Notes: generated from the sequence alone by a model not told the origin. A DNA stretch of 34,154 nt from an uncultured Oscillospiraceae bacterium (GCA_964632625.1 CAZWCK010000001.1:1-34154); one strand, 5' to 3'; positions 18,611 to 26,603 are shown, numbered from the stretch's first letter. Program-made: numbers and translations.

Positions 18611-19258
18611 ATGAAGTACGGTAAGCCTATATTGGGAATTATCATGATAGCACTAGCTCTAATGCTTATGTTCTTTTGGGAGACTAGTGGAAGACAAATG
18701 GTGACGACAAGTGAAGTTTTGGTGGCAGCAATGGATATTAAAGATGGTGAAATTTTAGAGGAATCAAAGATTAAGGTGGCCAAAACATTAAATGAAAATT
18801 TAATGAAGGATTGCCTATTAAGGGAACAAATGCAAATTGTAATTGGGGAAAAGACCAACTGTGACATTTTTCAAAATCAGCAACTATCAAGAAAATATTT
18901 CCTGAAGAGCAAAAATAAAATAAAAAAAGATTATACGTTATTTACATTGTACTCACACTGGATGAAAAATTTGAGTAGCTCAGTGCGTAAAGGGGATTTA
19001 ATTGATATCTATACGGCAAGAGAAAATATATATTTAGGAAATTTTAGAGTAGCATTTGCGAAGGACAATGCAAATCATGAAGTGGTGGATGAGGGAAAGC
19101 CAAAATCAGCAGAATGCATACTTGATAGAACGGATAGTAATCTAACTCTTGACCACATCGAAATTGAAGCAACTTTGCAGGATTACATGCAAATTTCATC
19201 ATATGGTGCAATAGAAGAGGAAGGGCTTATTATTGTACAAAGAGAGGAAGAAGATTAG
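18611..19258 (+). CDS. cpaB: CpaB/RcpC-like Flp pilus assembly protein (N-terminal TM helix plus SAF domain)
   Basis: The TM segment 'ILGIIMIALALMLMFFW' is followed by the SAF-like 'VLVAAMDIKDGEILEESKIKV' and a later 'VRKGDLIDIY' module. ATG 18611 lies 7 nt after GGGGG. Confidence 0.65.
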   Translation: MKYGKPILGIIMIALALMLMFFWETSGRQMVTTSEVLVAAMDIKDGEILEESKIKVAKTLNENLMKDCLLREQMQIVIGEKTNCDIFQNQQLSRKYFLKSKNKIKKDYTLFTLYSHWMKNLSSSVRKGDLIDIYTARENIYLGNFRVAFAKDNANHEVVDEGKPKSAECILDRTDSNLTLDHIEIEATLQDYMQISSYGAIEEEGLIIVQREEED

Positions 19259-20034
19259 TGGAAAATTTATTTGTGTTTCATGGTACCGATCATAAATGTG
19301 GAACAACTATGGTAGCTCAGTCAGTTGCAGAGATTATTGCAGAGCAAAGAAAAAACATTAATGTATTGATGATTTCATTGAATGGAAGAAAAAGCAACGA
19401 ATATGTGAGCGAGAATATTGCACCTATTGACAATTACAAGTTACAAATTGATAGTGGCATAATCATAGATAAAAATATTATTGCAAAAAACAAACATAAG
19501 GATAATCTTTATATGGTTGGTGGAATAGAAAGAGAACTTGAGCAAAGGTATTACCTGCCAAATACTGCAGCTAAACTATTAGAGGGAATGACACCCCAGT
19601 TTGAAATTATAATTGCAGACACTGGAAGTGAAATAGACAATGGGTTGGCAATAGGTGGACTGTCCTTATCCAAGCTAAATATGATGGTAATGACCCAAAA
19701 CGAAAGTGCTGTTTGTAGGTATGAAAAGAACAGGGAGATATTCAATCAGCTAAAGATAAACTTCGATGCATATTTAATAAATAAATTCTGTGAAGATGAC
19801 CCATATTCCTTGAGTTACTTCTCCCAAAGACTTGACATCCCAGGGGAAAAATTTAAAAAAATTCATATGGCAAACTGTGGAAGGCAGGCAGAAATGGAAT
19901 ATAGGACCTTTGTCAATTACAATGAAGAGCAATATATTCAGGATGTAATAAAAATAAGCAATATTATATTGCAAAGCTGCAATATGGAAGAAATTAAATT
20001 TCAGAGGAAGAAAAAATGGAAAAATTTTATTTAG
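19258..20034 (+). CDS. TadZ/CpaE-like ParA/MinD-fold protein with a degenerate P-loop
   Basis: ParA/MinD-like layout: N-terminal beta-strand plus loop 'VFHGTDHKCGTTMVAQSVAE', then 'IIIADTGSE'. It occupies the TadZ position between cpaB and the ATPase. GTG start overlaps the upstream TAG. Confidence 0.55.
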   Translation: MENLFVFHGTDHKCGTTMVAQSVAEIIAEQRKNINVLMISLNGRKSNEYVSENIAPIDNYKLQIDSGIIIDKNIIAKNKHKDNLYMVGGIERELEQRYYLPNTAAKLLEGMTPQFEIIIADTGSEIDNGLAIGGLSLSKLNMMVMTQNESAVCRYEKNREIFNQLKINFDAYLINKFCEDDPYSLSYFSQRLDIPGEKFKKIHMANCGRQAEMEYRTFVNYNEEQYIQDVIKISNIILQSCNMEEIKFQRKKKWKNFI

Positions 20035-21371
20035 ATAAATATGTGAGAAATGAAAATACTGTTTTTTTATCAAGTAACTACAGCTTTTCAAGTGTATGTC
20101 AGCTCATAAAAAACGAATTTCAAAAAGAATGGAAGTCGCAGGAAGAGAATACGGAGAAACTAGTGGAGTTACAAAAAAAAGCAATAATAGGCTACAGCGT
20201 AGAAGTTAAATATTTCAAGAAAAAAATTGGAGAAATCCTAAGGTTATTCAATATTAATAGGATTGAATTTCCACAATGGTATGAAAATTTGGAGGAAGCC
20301 ATATATCACGAAAACTGGGGGCTTGCTGGAATTGCAGAATGGTTTTCACCACAACATGAGCAAAGCAGCTCAGCAAAAATAATAGGCGATCAAATTTACT
20401 TTCTGGAGAATGGGAGAATGAAGCTTAAACCACAAAAAATCAGTAAAAACAGGAGAGAGCAGCTAACAAGAGCATTTTTACTTATAACACCAGAGGAAAA
20501 AATAAACAAGGATTTTCATGAATTATACATGATAGATGGAACAAGAATAACAATTTTTTCAGGTCACATGGTAAAGGAAAATCAAGATGTAATAATATTT
20601 AGAAGATATGTAATTCCACAATATACATTTGAAGAGCAGGCAAGAAGGGGAACTATTCCTCAAAAGGCAATTCCCTTGTTTGAAAAAATGGTACAGCTTG
20701 GATATAACTGTGCCTTCACAGGAGCTCCCCGTTCCAGTAAAACCACGTTTTTAACCACATGGCAAAGCTATGAGGAAAGAGAATTAGAAGGAGTAATGGT
20801 GGAAACAGATCCTGAAATACCATTACATAAGCTTATGCCCAAAGCTCCTATTATGCAGATTTTAGCGGATAATGATGCACTGAAAAGTATTACAAAGAAC
20901 TTACTTCGCAGCGATGCAGACTATTTTATTATGGCAGAGGCGAGAGACGGGGTTGCACTTGATACAGCATTACGATTGGCAAGCAAAGGAATTCGGAGAA
21001 TGAAAATAACCTTCCACAGCAAGAACCCGCTGAATTTCCCATATGATGTAGCTGATGAAATAGTGCGTACTTATGGAGGCGATGTTTTTTATAATGCAAA
21101 AAGAGCAGCAGGCAGCTTTGATTATATTTTTCATTTCATTCAATTACGAAACAAGTCACAAAAAAGGTTAAGGAGTATTTACGAAATAAGCTATAGTAAT
21201 GAAAACTCCAAAATTGATATGAATTTAATATGCAACTATGACGTTAACAAGGAGGACTGGAGATTCTATGAGTATATAGGAAAGGAAAAAGAAGAACTTG
21301 GCAAGGTAGAAAACCTGCAGGCCTTTAAAGAATTTAAGGATGTTCTTTGTGACCTTGCAAATCCAGTGTAA
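20016..21371 (+). CDS. cpaF: CpaF/TadA-family type II/IV secretion (T2SSE) ATPase
   Basis: Walker A-like 'TGAPRSSKTTFL', Asp box 'VMVETDPEIPL', Walker B 'DYFIMAEARD' and His box 'KITFHSKNP', in the order seen in CpaF/VirB11-type ATPases. Overlaps the upstream gene by 19 nt. Confidence 0.8.
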   Translation: MEKFYLDKYVRNENTVFLSSNYSFSSVCQLIKNEFQKEWKSQEENTEKLVELQKKAIIGYSVEVKYFKKKIGEILRLFNINRIEFPQWYENLEEAIYHENWGLAGIAEWFSPQHEQSSSAKIIGDQIYFLENGRMKLKPQKISKNRREQLTRAFLLITPEEKINKDFHELYMIDGTRITIFSGHMVKENQDVIIFRRYVIPQYTFEEQARRGTIPQKAIPLFEKMVQLGYNCAFTGAPRSSKTTFLTTWQSYEERELEGVMVETDPEIPLHKLMPKAPIMQILADNDALKSITKNLLRSDADYFIMAEARDGVALDTALRLASKGIRRMKITFHSKNPLNFPYDVADEIVRTYGGDVFYNAKRAAGSFDYIFHFIQLRNKSQKRLRSIYEISYSNENSKIDMNLICNYDVNKEDWRFYEYIGKEKEELGKVENLQAFKEFKDVLCDLANPV

Positions 21372-21461
21372 AAATTTAAAAATCGTCTAAAAGTAGTAGA
21401 AGAAAGATAGATAGGGGGTGCATGGAGGTGTTTAGAAGAAATATATCATGCAGAGAATTTC

Positions 21462-22406
21462 ATGAATGAAGGAATAGTTAAAATTGTAATAGTTATAAGC
21501 TATATAATGCTACTTACAGGAATAGTATTGTTGTGGTTTTTTGAGTTTTGGAAGTTGTACATGAATATAAAAATGAGGAATAGGCTTAGAACTAGAAAAA
21601 ACCAGGGAAAAAGTAGGGGACGTTTGTACGAACACGTGAGTATGCTTTTAAAAGTTACTTTGGGTAAAAATGTGAAAATAGTAGGGTTCATTATTTTTAA
21701 TCTGATTATTTTTGTTTCCGTATTTATAGGAGGTCTACGAAATTATTCGCTTGGCTATGCAGTATTTTTGGGAGGATGTGCATCTACATTATCTGTGTTG
21801 ATTTTAGAAATAAGGTTAGGAAATATCAGAAGAAAGGGTAGCTATGAGGGAGAGTTTTTTGTTAGTAAAATGCTTACTAAATATAGGATAAGCGGAGAAA
21901 ACATTTATGAAGCTATTGAAATGGCATTGCAGGACAATGCAAATACAAAAATGTGCAGTAAAATTCTGTATGAGATTTTATTAGATGTTCGAAACACTTC
22001 AAATAAGGAGGATATGAAGAAAATTTTTAATAAATTTTATTTCGGCATAAATACAAATTGGAGTAAAATGATGGCATATAATTTTTATTTGTCAGCAACA
22101 AGGGGAATAGACATAACGGGAGCCATGGAAGATATTTTGTTTCAACTTAGGGAGGTCAGAATGTTAGGTGAAGAAAGAAAGAGAGCTAATGGAGAGGCTA
22201 CAAGAATTGTAGTATTTCTTATTCCGATATTGTATTTATCAACAATATTGATTTCAATTAATTTTGTGGGTATTTCAGTATCTGAATTTATAAAAAATCA
22301 ATTTCTGACAAAGGGTGGATTTCTATTATTTGTAATAAGTATATTTATGTTTTTATTAAATATTATTCTGACTCAAATCGTAAACAATAAAAAGTTTGAT
22401 TATTAG
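21462..22406 (+). CDS. tadB: TadB-like platform protein (T2SSF domain)
   Basis: N-terminal TM helix, a cytoplasmic helical domain and C-terminal TM helices. 'GEERKRANGEATRIVVFLIPILYL' resembles the T2SSF core. Position follows the ATPase. Confidence 0.6.
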   Translation: MNEGIVKIVIVISYIMLLTGIVLLWFFEFWKLYMNIKMRNRLRTRKNQGKSRGRLYEHVSMLLKVTLGKNVKIVGFIIFNLIIFVSVFIGGLRNYSLGYAVFLGGCASTLSVLILEIRLGNIRRKGSYEGEFFVSKMLTKYRISGENIYEAIEMALQDNANTKMCSKILYEILLDVRNTSNKEDMKKIFNKFYFGINTNWSKMMAYNFYLSATRGIDITGAMEDILFQLREVRMLGEERKRANGEATRIVVFLIPILYLSTILISINFVGISVSEFIKNQFLTKGGFLLFVISIFMFLLNIILTQIVNNKKFDY

Positions 22407-22417
22407 GGAGGTGGAGA

Positions 22418-23071
22418 ATGAACGATATATGGATCTATATTGCTATTGCGGCATATGTGATATGGATATATTATGCTGTGGTCTTGATTAGAAACAAGAA
22501 GTACCAAGGGAGGTTTACAAGAAAAAAACTTAAAGAAAGATTTAGTAAAATTTTGCCATTGGCAAGGTTAAAACTGCAAAGAACATTCCTTGTGAGGAGC
22601 AGGTTTGAGGATTTAGTGGATAAAGAGGTCTATGAAGCCTTCTCATTTCTCAGAAATATAATTATTGCTTCTGGAGACCGAATAAATGGAGACTATGTAT
22701 TGGAGCAGCTGTCACATGGTAAGGGAATATTACAGCCAGCATATGTAAGAATGCTTTCATTGTTTAGGGAAAACCAAAAAGAAGCAGGGGTAAAAGAATT
22801 TCTAATGGTTGCAGAAACCTCAATGAGTATTGAACTCGCAGGAATTCTCGCAAGGTGGGATCACATTGGAAACTCTCAATTGAAAGATGTATTAATATCA
22901 TATCAAAAGAGCATTAAGGAAATCTGGGTAACCAGACAAAAGCAAAAGGATGAAATCATAAGTGATTTAATATATTTACCTGTAGTTGTAAATGTATTTG
23001 TCATATTTATAAATTTTATATATGTAGGTTATTTTATAAGTCAGCAGGAAATGTTGAAAATGTTATTGTAA
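22418..23071 (+). CDS. tadC: TadC-like platform protein (T2SSF domain)
   Basis: Same architecture as the preceding gene: N-terminal TM, a helical cytoplasmic domain, and the C-terminal TM segment 'LIYLPVVVNVFVIFINFIYVGYF'. GGAGGTGGAG SD upstream. Confidence 0.6.
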   Translation: MNDIWIYIAIAAYVIWIYYAVVLIRNKKYQGRFTRKKLKERFSKILPLARLKLQRTFLVRSRFEDLVDKEVYEAFSFLRNIIIASGDRINGDYVLEQLSHGKGILQPAYVRMLSLFRENQKEAGVKEFLMVAETSMSIELAGILARWDHIGNSQLKDVLISYQKSIKEIWVTRQKQKDEIISDLIYLPVVVNVFVIFINFIYVGYFISQQEMLKMLL

Positions 23072-23096
23072 ATGGAGAAGGGAAAGGAATGTGATT

Positions 23097-23243
23097 ATGA
23101 AACAGTTGATTGTATTGATAGCTACAATTATTTTAGGGCTCGCAATTGCAAGTATAGTAATGGGTTTTGGGGGAACGGCAAAGGATATTGGCCAACAAAG
23201 TACAACTAAGATAGAAAGCGTATTTGAAAAGGAATGGATATAA
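23097..23243 (+). CDS. Flp-like mini-pilin candidate 1 (48 aa; not in the supplied ORF track)
   Basis: My translation is MKQLIVLIATIILGLAIASIVMGFGGTAKDIGQQSTTKIESVFEKEWI. A GGAAAGGAA SD precedes it. A hydrophobic helix followed by a short polar tail resembles mature Flp. Position follows tadC. Confidence 0.55.
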   Translation: MKQLIVLIATIILGLAIASIVMGFGGTAKDIGQQSTTKIESVFEKEWI

Positions 23244-23245
23244 GA

Positions 23246-23392
23246 ATGAAACAATTTATTGTAATGTGCAGTTCTATCGCTTTAGGATTGGTTATTTATA
23301 ACATAATTGTCGGAAATGATGATGGAAGTATATTTATGGTGCTGAAATCTTGCTGGTCAAATGAAGTGGCTGCACGTAGTCTGATGCCGTAG
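23246..23392 (+). CDS. Flp-like mini-pilin candidate 2 (48 aa; not in the supplied ORF track)
   Basis: My translation is MKQFIVMCSSIALGLVIYNIIVGNDDGSIFMVLKSCWSNEVAARSLMP. It starts 2 nt after the stop of candidate 1, with 'aaGGAAtGGAtataagaATG' upstream. Confidence 0.45.
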   Translation: MKQFIVMCSSIALGLVIYNIIVGNDDGSIFMVLKSCWSNEVAARSLMP

Positions 23393-23433
23393 GATAATCA
23401 TGGCAAGGGAATATAGTGAATTTGGAGGAGATA

Positions 23434-23838
23434 ATGAAACAGTTTATAGTATTAATTGCAATTTTGCCACTACTGTTGATATTTATGATGCAATTTTCTT
23501 ATGACCAAAAAAATGCAGGACTAATAGCAGAAATTCAGAGCATTGTGTATTTTGCAAAGGAAGAAGCCAAGCAGCAAGGCGGGTTTTCTAAAGAAATGAA
23601 AACAGAACTGAAAGATAACATTGCAGCTATAGCCAATGTCTCTTCAAGTGATGTATTAATTGAATGTGATGAGGAAATCAAGTATCGTTACAGTAATGGA
23701 CAATACCGACAGATATATTACAAAATTTCTGTGCCCATAAGGGAAGTCATGGCAGGGGGAGAATTGTTTGGTATTGATAAAGAAAAAAACAAGTATGTTT
23801 ATGTAATAGATAGTTATACAGCTAGTGAAAAATTATAG
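23434..23838 (+). CDS. TadE-like pseudopilin candidate
   Basis: ATG 23434 follows GGAGGAG. The N-terminus 'MKQFIVLIAILPLLLIFMMQF' resembles the TadE-like hydrophobic segment. The remainder is a soluble domain of about 110 aa. Confidence 0.5.
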   Translation: MKQFIVLIAILPLLLIFMMQFSYDQKNAGLIAEIQSIVYFAKEEAKQQGGFSKEMKTELKDNIAAIANVSSSDVLIECDEEIKYRYSNGQYRQIYYKISVPIREVMAGGELFGIDKEKNKYVYVIDSYTASEKL

Positions 23839-23908
23839 TGTGCAATGTCTACCTAATTAATATTAAGATTGCGCCAATAGTAATAAGAAACGGAGAGAGA
23901 CAAAAGAA

Positions 23909-24352
23909 ATGAAGGTGTTTATTGTATTTTTGGCATTGCTTGTTGTTTGTAGTATGGGACTAATATATCAGGGGGATATGAATTATTATATGCACGAACA
24001 GTTAACTGTAAAGGAAATGGCAGAGGAATGTGCTTGTGGCGCAGCGCTTTTGATAGATCAAAAGGCTTATGGAACCGGAAAACTAGTTTTTTTACAGGAT
24101 GAAGGAAATGACTATGCTAAAAATTTTGTGCAATTTAGGCAGGAGAATCGTAACAATGATTATAATAAGAGAGAACTTTCGCTGAATCTACAGTTTGAAG
24201 ATGATGAGGTGGGATATGGGAAAGAAAATACAGAAAAAAGACCTGCAGTAATTGCTACAGTCATAAGTGAGGGCGAGGATATTTTTAGGCTTCCTTTTCT
24301 GGAAGTTAAGACCGTGAAAAGAATTGCCCGATATGAATTGGATAAATCTTGA
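23909..24352 (+). CDS. TadF/TadG-like pseudopilin candidate
   Basis: N-terminal 'MKVFIVFLALLVVCSMGLIY' is followed by 'MAEECACGAALLID', reminiscent of the TadG-like N-terminal AADAAALAGA helix. It is the last gene of the cluster. Confidence 0.4.
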   Translation: MKVFIVFLALLVVCSMGLIYQGDMNYYMHEQLTVKEMAEECACGAALLIDQKAYGTGKLVFLQDEGNDYAKNFVQFRQENRNNDYNKRELSLNLQFEDDEVGYGKENTEKRPAVIATVISEGEDIFRLPFLEVKTVKRIARYELDKS

Positions 24353-24376
24353 CAATTACCTGCATTGTAATATAAT
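24349..24376 (+). promoter_or_regulatory. Near-consensus sigma-A promoter of thrS
   Basis: TTGACA (24349-24354, overlapping the upstream stop codon), 16-nt spacer, TATAAT (24371-24376). Confidence 0.6.
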
Positions 24377-24453
24377 AATAATGTTGGTATTGTGCAGAGT
24401 TTATGCAATTTGTGCTCTGTTTACGATAGATAAATAGTATAGGAGAAAAAATT

Positions 24454-26199
24454 ATGGCAAAGGAAAAAATTAATTTTGAAGATGAACAGGTAAGACATAA
24501 TTTCAGACATACAGCATCACATATTTTGGCTCAGGCGGTAAAAAATATTTGGCCGGAAGCAAAGCTTGCAATCGGCCCTGCAATTGATAATGGATTTTAT
24601 TATGACTTTGATTTGGAATATAAATTTACAGAGGCAGATTTCTTAAAAATTCAAAAGGAAATGAAGAAAATTGTTCAGTCAAACTTGAAGTTGGAAAGAT
24701 TTGAACTTCCGAGAGAAGAAGCTATTAAGTTTATGGAGGAAAAGGGAGAACCATATAAGGTTGAACTTATTAATGATTTGCCAGAGGATGCAATAATCTC
24801 GTTTTATAAGCAGGGTGACTTTGTTGACTTGTGCGCAGGTCCACATATGGAGTCAACAGGACAGATTAAAGCGTTCAAAATAATGAGTGTTGCGGGTGCG
24901 TATTGGAGAGGTGATTCAGATAGGAAAATGCTTCAAAGATTGTATGCGACTGCTTTTTTAACCCAGGAAGAGTTAGATGAATATGTAAATCGTCTTGAAG
25001 AGGCAAAGAAGAGAGACCACAGAAAAATCGGTAAAGAAATGGATTTATTTGCAATTTATGAAGAAGGACCTGGTTTTCCATTTTTTATGCCAAAAGGTAT
25101 GGTAATAAGAAATGAACTTGAGAATTACTGGAGAGTTGAGCATAGAAAGAGGGGCTATGAGGAAATAAAAACGCCACTTATATTAAATGAGCAGCTTTGG
25201 AGAACTTCTGGACATTGGGATCACTACAAGGACAATATGTACTTTACAAAGATAGATGATGAAGATTACGCTATTAAGCCAATGAATTGTCCGGGTTCAA
25301 TGCTTGCTTATAAGAGAAAAATGTATTCCTATAGAGATTTCCCTATGAGAGTAGGTGAATTGGGTCAGGTACACAGGCATGAGCTTTCAGGTGCATTACA
25401 CGGATTAATGAGGGTAAGAACTTTTACCCAGGATGATGCACACATATTTATGCTTCCAGAACAGGCAAAAGATGAAATCGTGGGTGTTGCAAAATTTATT
25501 GATGATATTTACACATTATTTGGCTTTAAGTATCACATTGAATTGTCTACAAGACCGGAAGATTCAATGGGAACTGACGAAGAATGGAATATGGCTGAAG
25601 AAGCTCTTAGAGACGCTATGGTTGAAGTTGGAGTTCCTTATGTGGTAAATGAAGGTGACGGTGCGTTCTATGGACCTAAGCTTGACTTCCATTTAGAGGA
25701 TTCAATTGGGAGAACTTGGCAGTGTGGAACAATTCAGCTTGATCTTCAAATGCCTCAGAGATTTGACCTTACTTATGTAGGTGCGGATGGTGAAAAACAC
25801 AGACCTCTTATGATTCATAGAGTAATCTTTGGATCAATTGAAAGATTTATTGGCATTTTGACAGAGCATTTTGCTGGTAAATTCCCACTTTGGCTTGCAC
25901 CTGTGCAAGTTAAACTTATGACTGTAACGGAAAAGTTTGTTCCATATGCAAAAGAAGTTGGAAAGAAACTTGAGGCAATGGGTCTTCGTGTTGAAGTAGA
26001 TGCCAGAAATGAAAAAATAGGATATAAACTTAGAGAAGCCAGAAATGAGAGAGTTTCCTATATTTGCGTAATAGGAGAGCGCGAGGCAGAGGCAGGGACT
26101 TTGACTGTGCGTTCAAATAAGGTTGGAGAGCTTGGGGAAATGTCAGTTGATGAGTTTGCTTCTAAGTTGTTGGATGAAATAACAAACAAAGACATTTAA
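24454..26199 (+). CDS. thrS: Threonine--tRNA ligase (short form lacking the N-terminal TGS domain)
   Basis: Editing-domain 'HTASHILAQAV' and 'DLCAGPH'; class II motifs 'HRHELSG', 'FTQDDAHIF', 'GAFYGPKLDF' and 'HRVIFGSIERF'. An in-frame TAG at 24427-24429 precludes a longer N-terminus. Confidence 0.95.
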   Translation: MAKEKINFEDEQVRHNFRHTASHILAQAVKNIWPEAKLAIGPAIDNGFYYDFDLEYKFTEADFLKIQKEMKKIVQSNLKLERFELPREEAIKFMEEKGEPYKVELINDLPEDAIISFYKQGDFVDLCAGPHMESTGQIKAFKIMSVAGAYWRGDSDRKMLQRLYATAFLTQEELDEYVNRLEEAKKRDHRKIGKEMDLFAIYEEGPGFPFFMPKGMVIRNELENYWRVEHRKRGYEEIKTPLILNEQLWRTSGHWDHYKDNMYFTKIDDEDYAIKPMNCPGSMLAYKRKMYSYRDFPMRVGELGQVHRHELSGALHGLMRVRTFTQDDAHIFMLPEQAKDEIVGVAKFIDDIYTLFGFKYHIELSTRPEDSMGTDEEWNMAEEALRDAMVEVGVPYVVNEGDGAFYGPKLDFHLEDSIGRTWQCGTIQLDLQMPQRFDLTYVGADGEKHRPLMIHRVIFGSIERFIGILTEHFAGKFPLWLAPVQVKLMTVTEKFVPYAKEVGKKLEAMGLRVEVDARNEKIGYKLREARNERVSYICVIGEREAEAGTLTVRSNKVGELGEMSVDEFASKLLDEITNKDI

Positions 26200-26248
26200 A
26201 AGAAGTGCTATCTTAGAAATGTTAATATGACCTTTGGAGGCTATAATT

Positions 26249-26524
26249 ATGTTGGGTAATAAAAATGAAAATAAAGAATGGCGTGATGGAGTATATCTTT
26301 GTACGGCAAAGAATAGTTTAGAAGCAGATATTTTAGAATCCAAGCTGAGAAGTGAAAATATTCCATGTGTAAAAAAATATAATGGGGCAAGCAATTTTCT
26401 TGAGATTGCAATGGGCTCAAACTCGGCATTCGCAATAGATATTTATGTACCCGAACAAACTCTTGAAGATGCAAAAAATATTATAGTTCCAGTACCATTT
26501 GAGGAATGTGATATTGAAGAATAA
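26249..26524 (+). CDS. DUF2007-like small protein (putative signal-transducing fold)
   Basis: ATG 26249 lies 8 nt after GGAGG. 'VYLCTAKNSLEADILESKLRSENIPC...IYVPEQTLEDAKNII' fits the DUF2007 pattern. Confidence 0.5.
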   Translation: MLGNKNENKEWRDGVYLCTAKNSLEADILESKLRSENIPCVKKYNGASNFLEIAMGSNSAFAIDIYVPEQTLEDAKNIIVPVPFEECDIEE

Positions 26525-26545
26525 GGAAAATATTTTATAAAACAA

Positions 26546-26588
26546 ACCGCTTTTAGGTATAATTGACGTACTAAAAGCGGTATTTTTG
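26546..26588. terminator. Rho-independent terminator between convergent genes
   Basis: ACCGCTTTTAG-gtataattgacgta-CTAAAAGCGGT followed by ATTTTTG. Confidence 0.8.
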
Positions 26589-26603
26589 TTTTAGCAAGAT
26601 TTA

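Noticed and set aside
24353-24453. A T-box riboswitch upstream of thrS.
   Set aside because: Only about 100 nt are available, about 75 nt from the predicted promoter. No specifier-loop, AGAGA or conserved T-box (…GGUGGUACCGCG…) sequence is visible.
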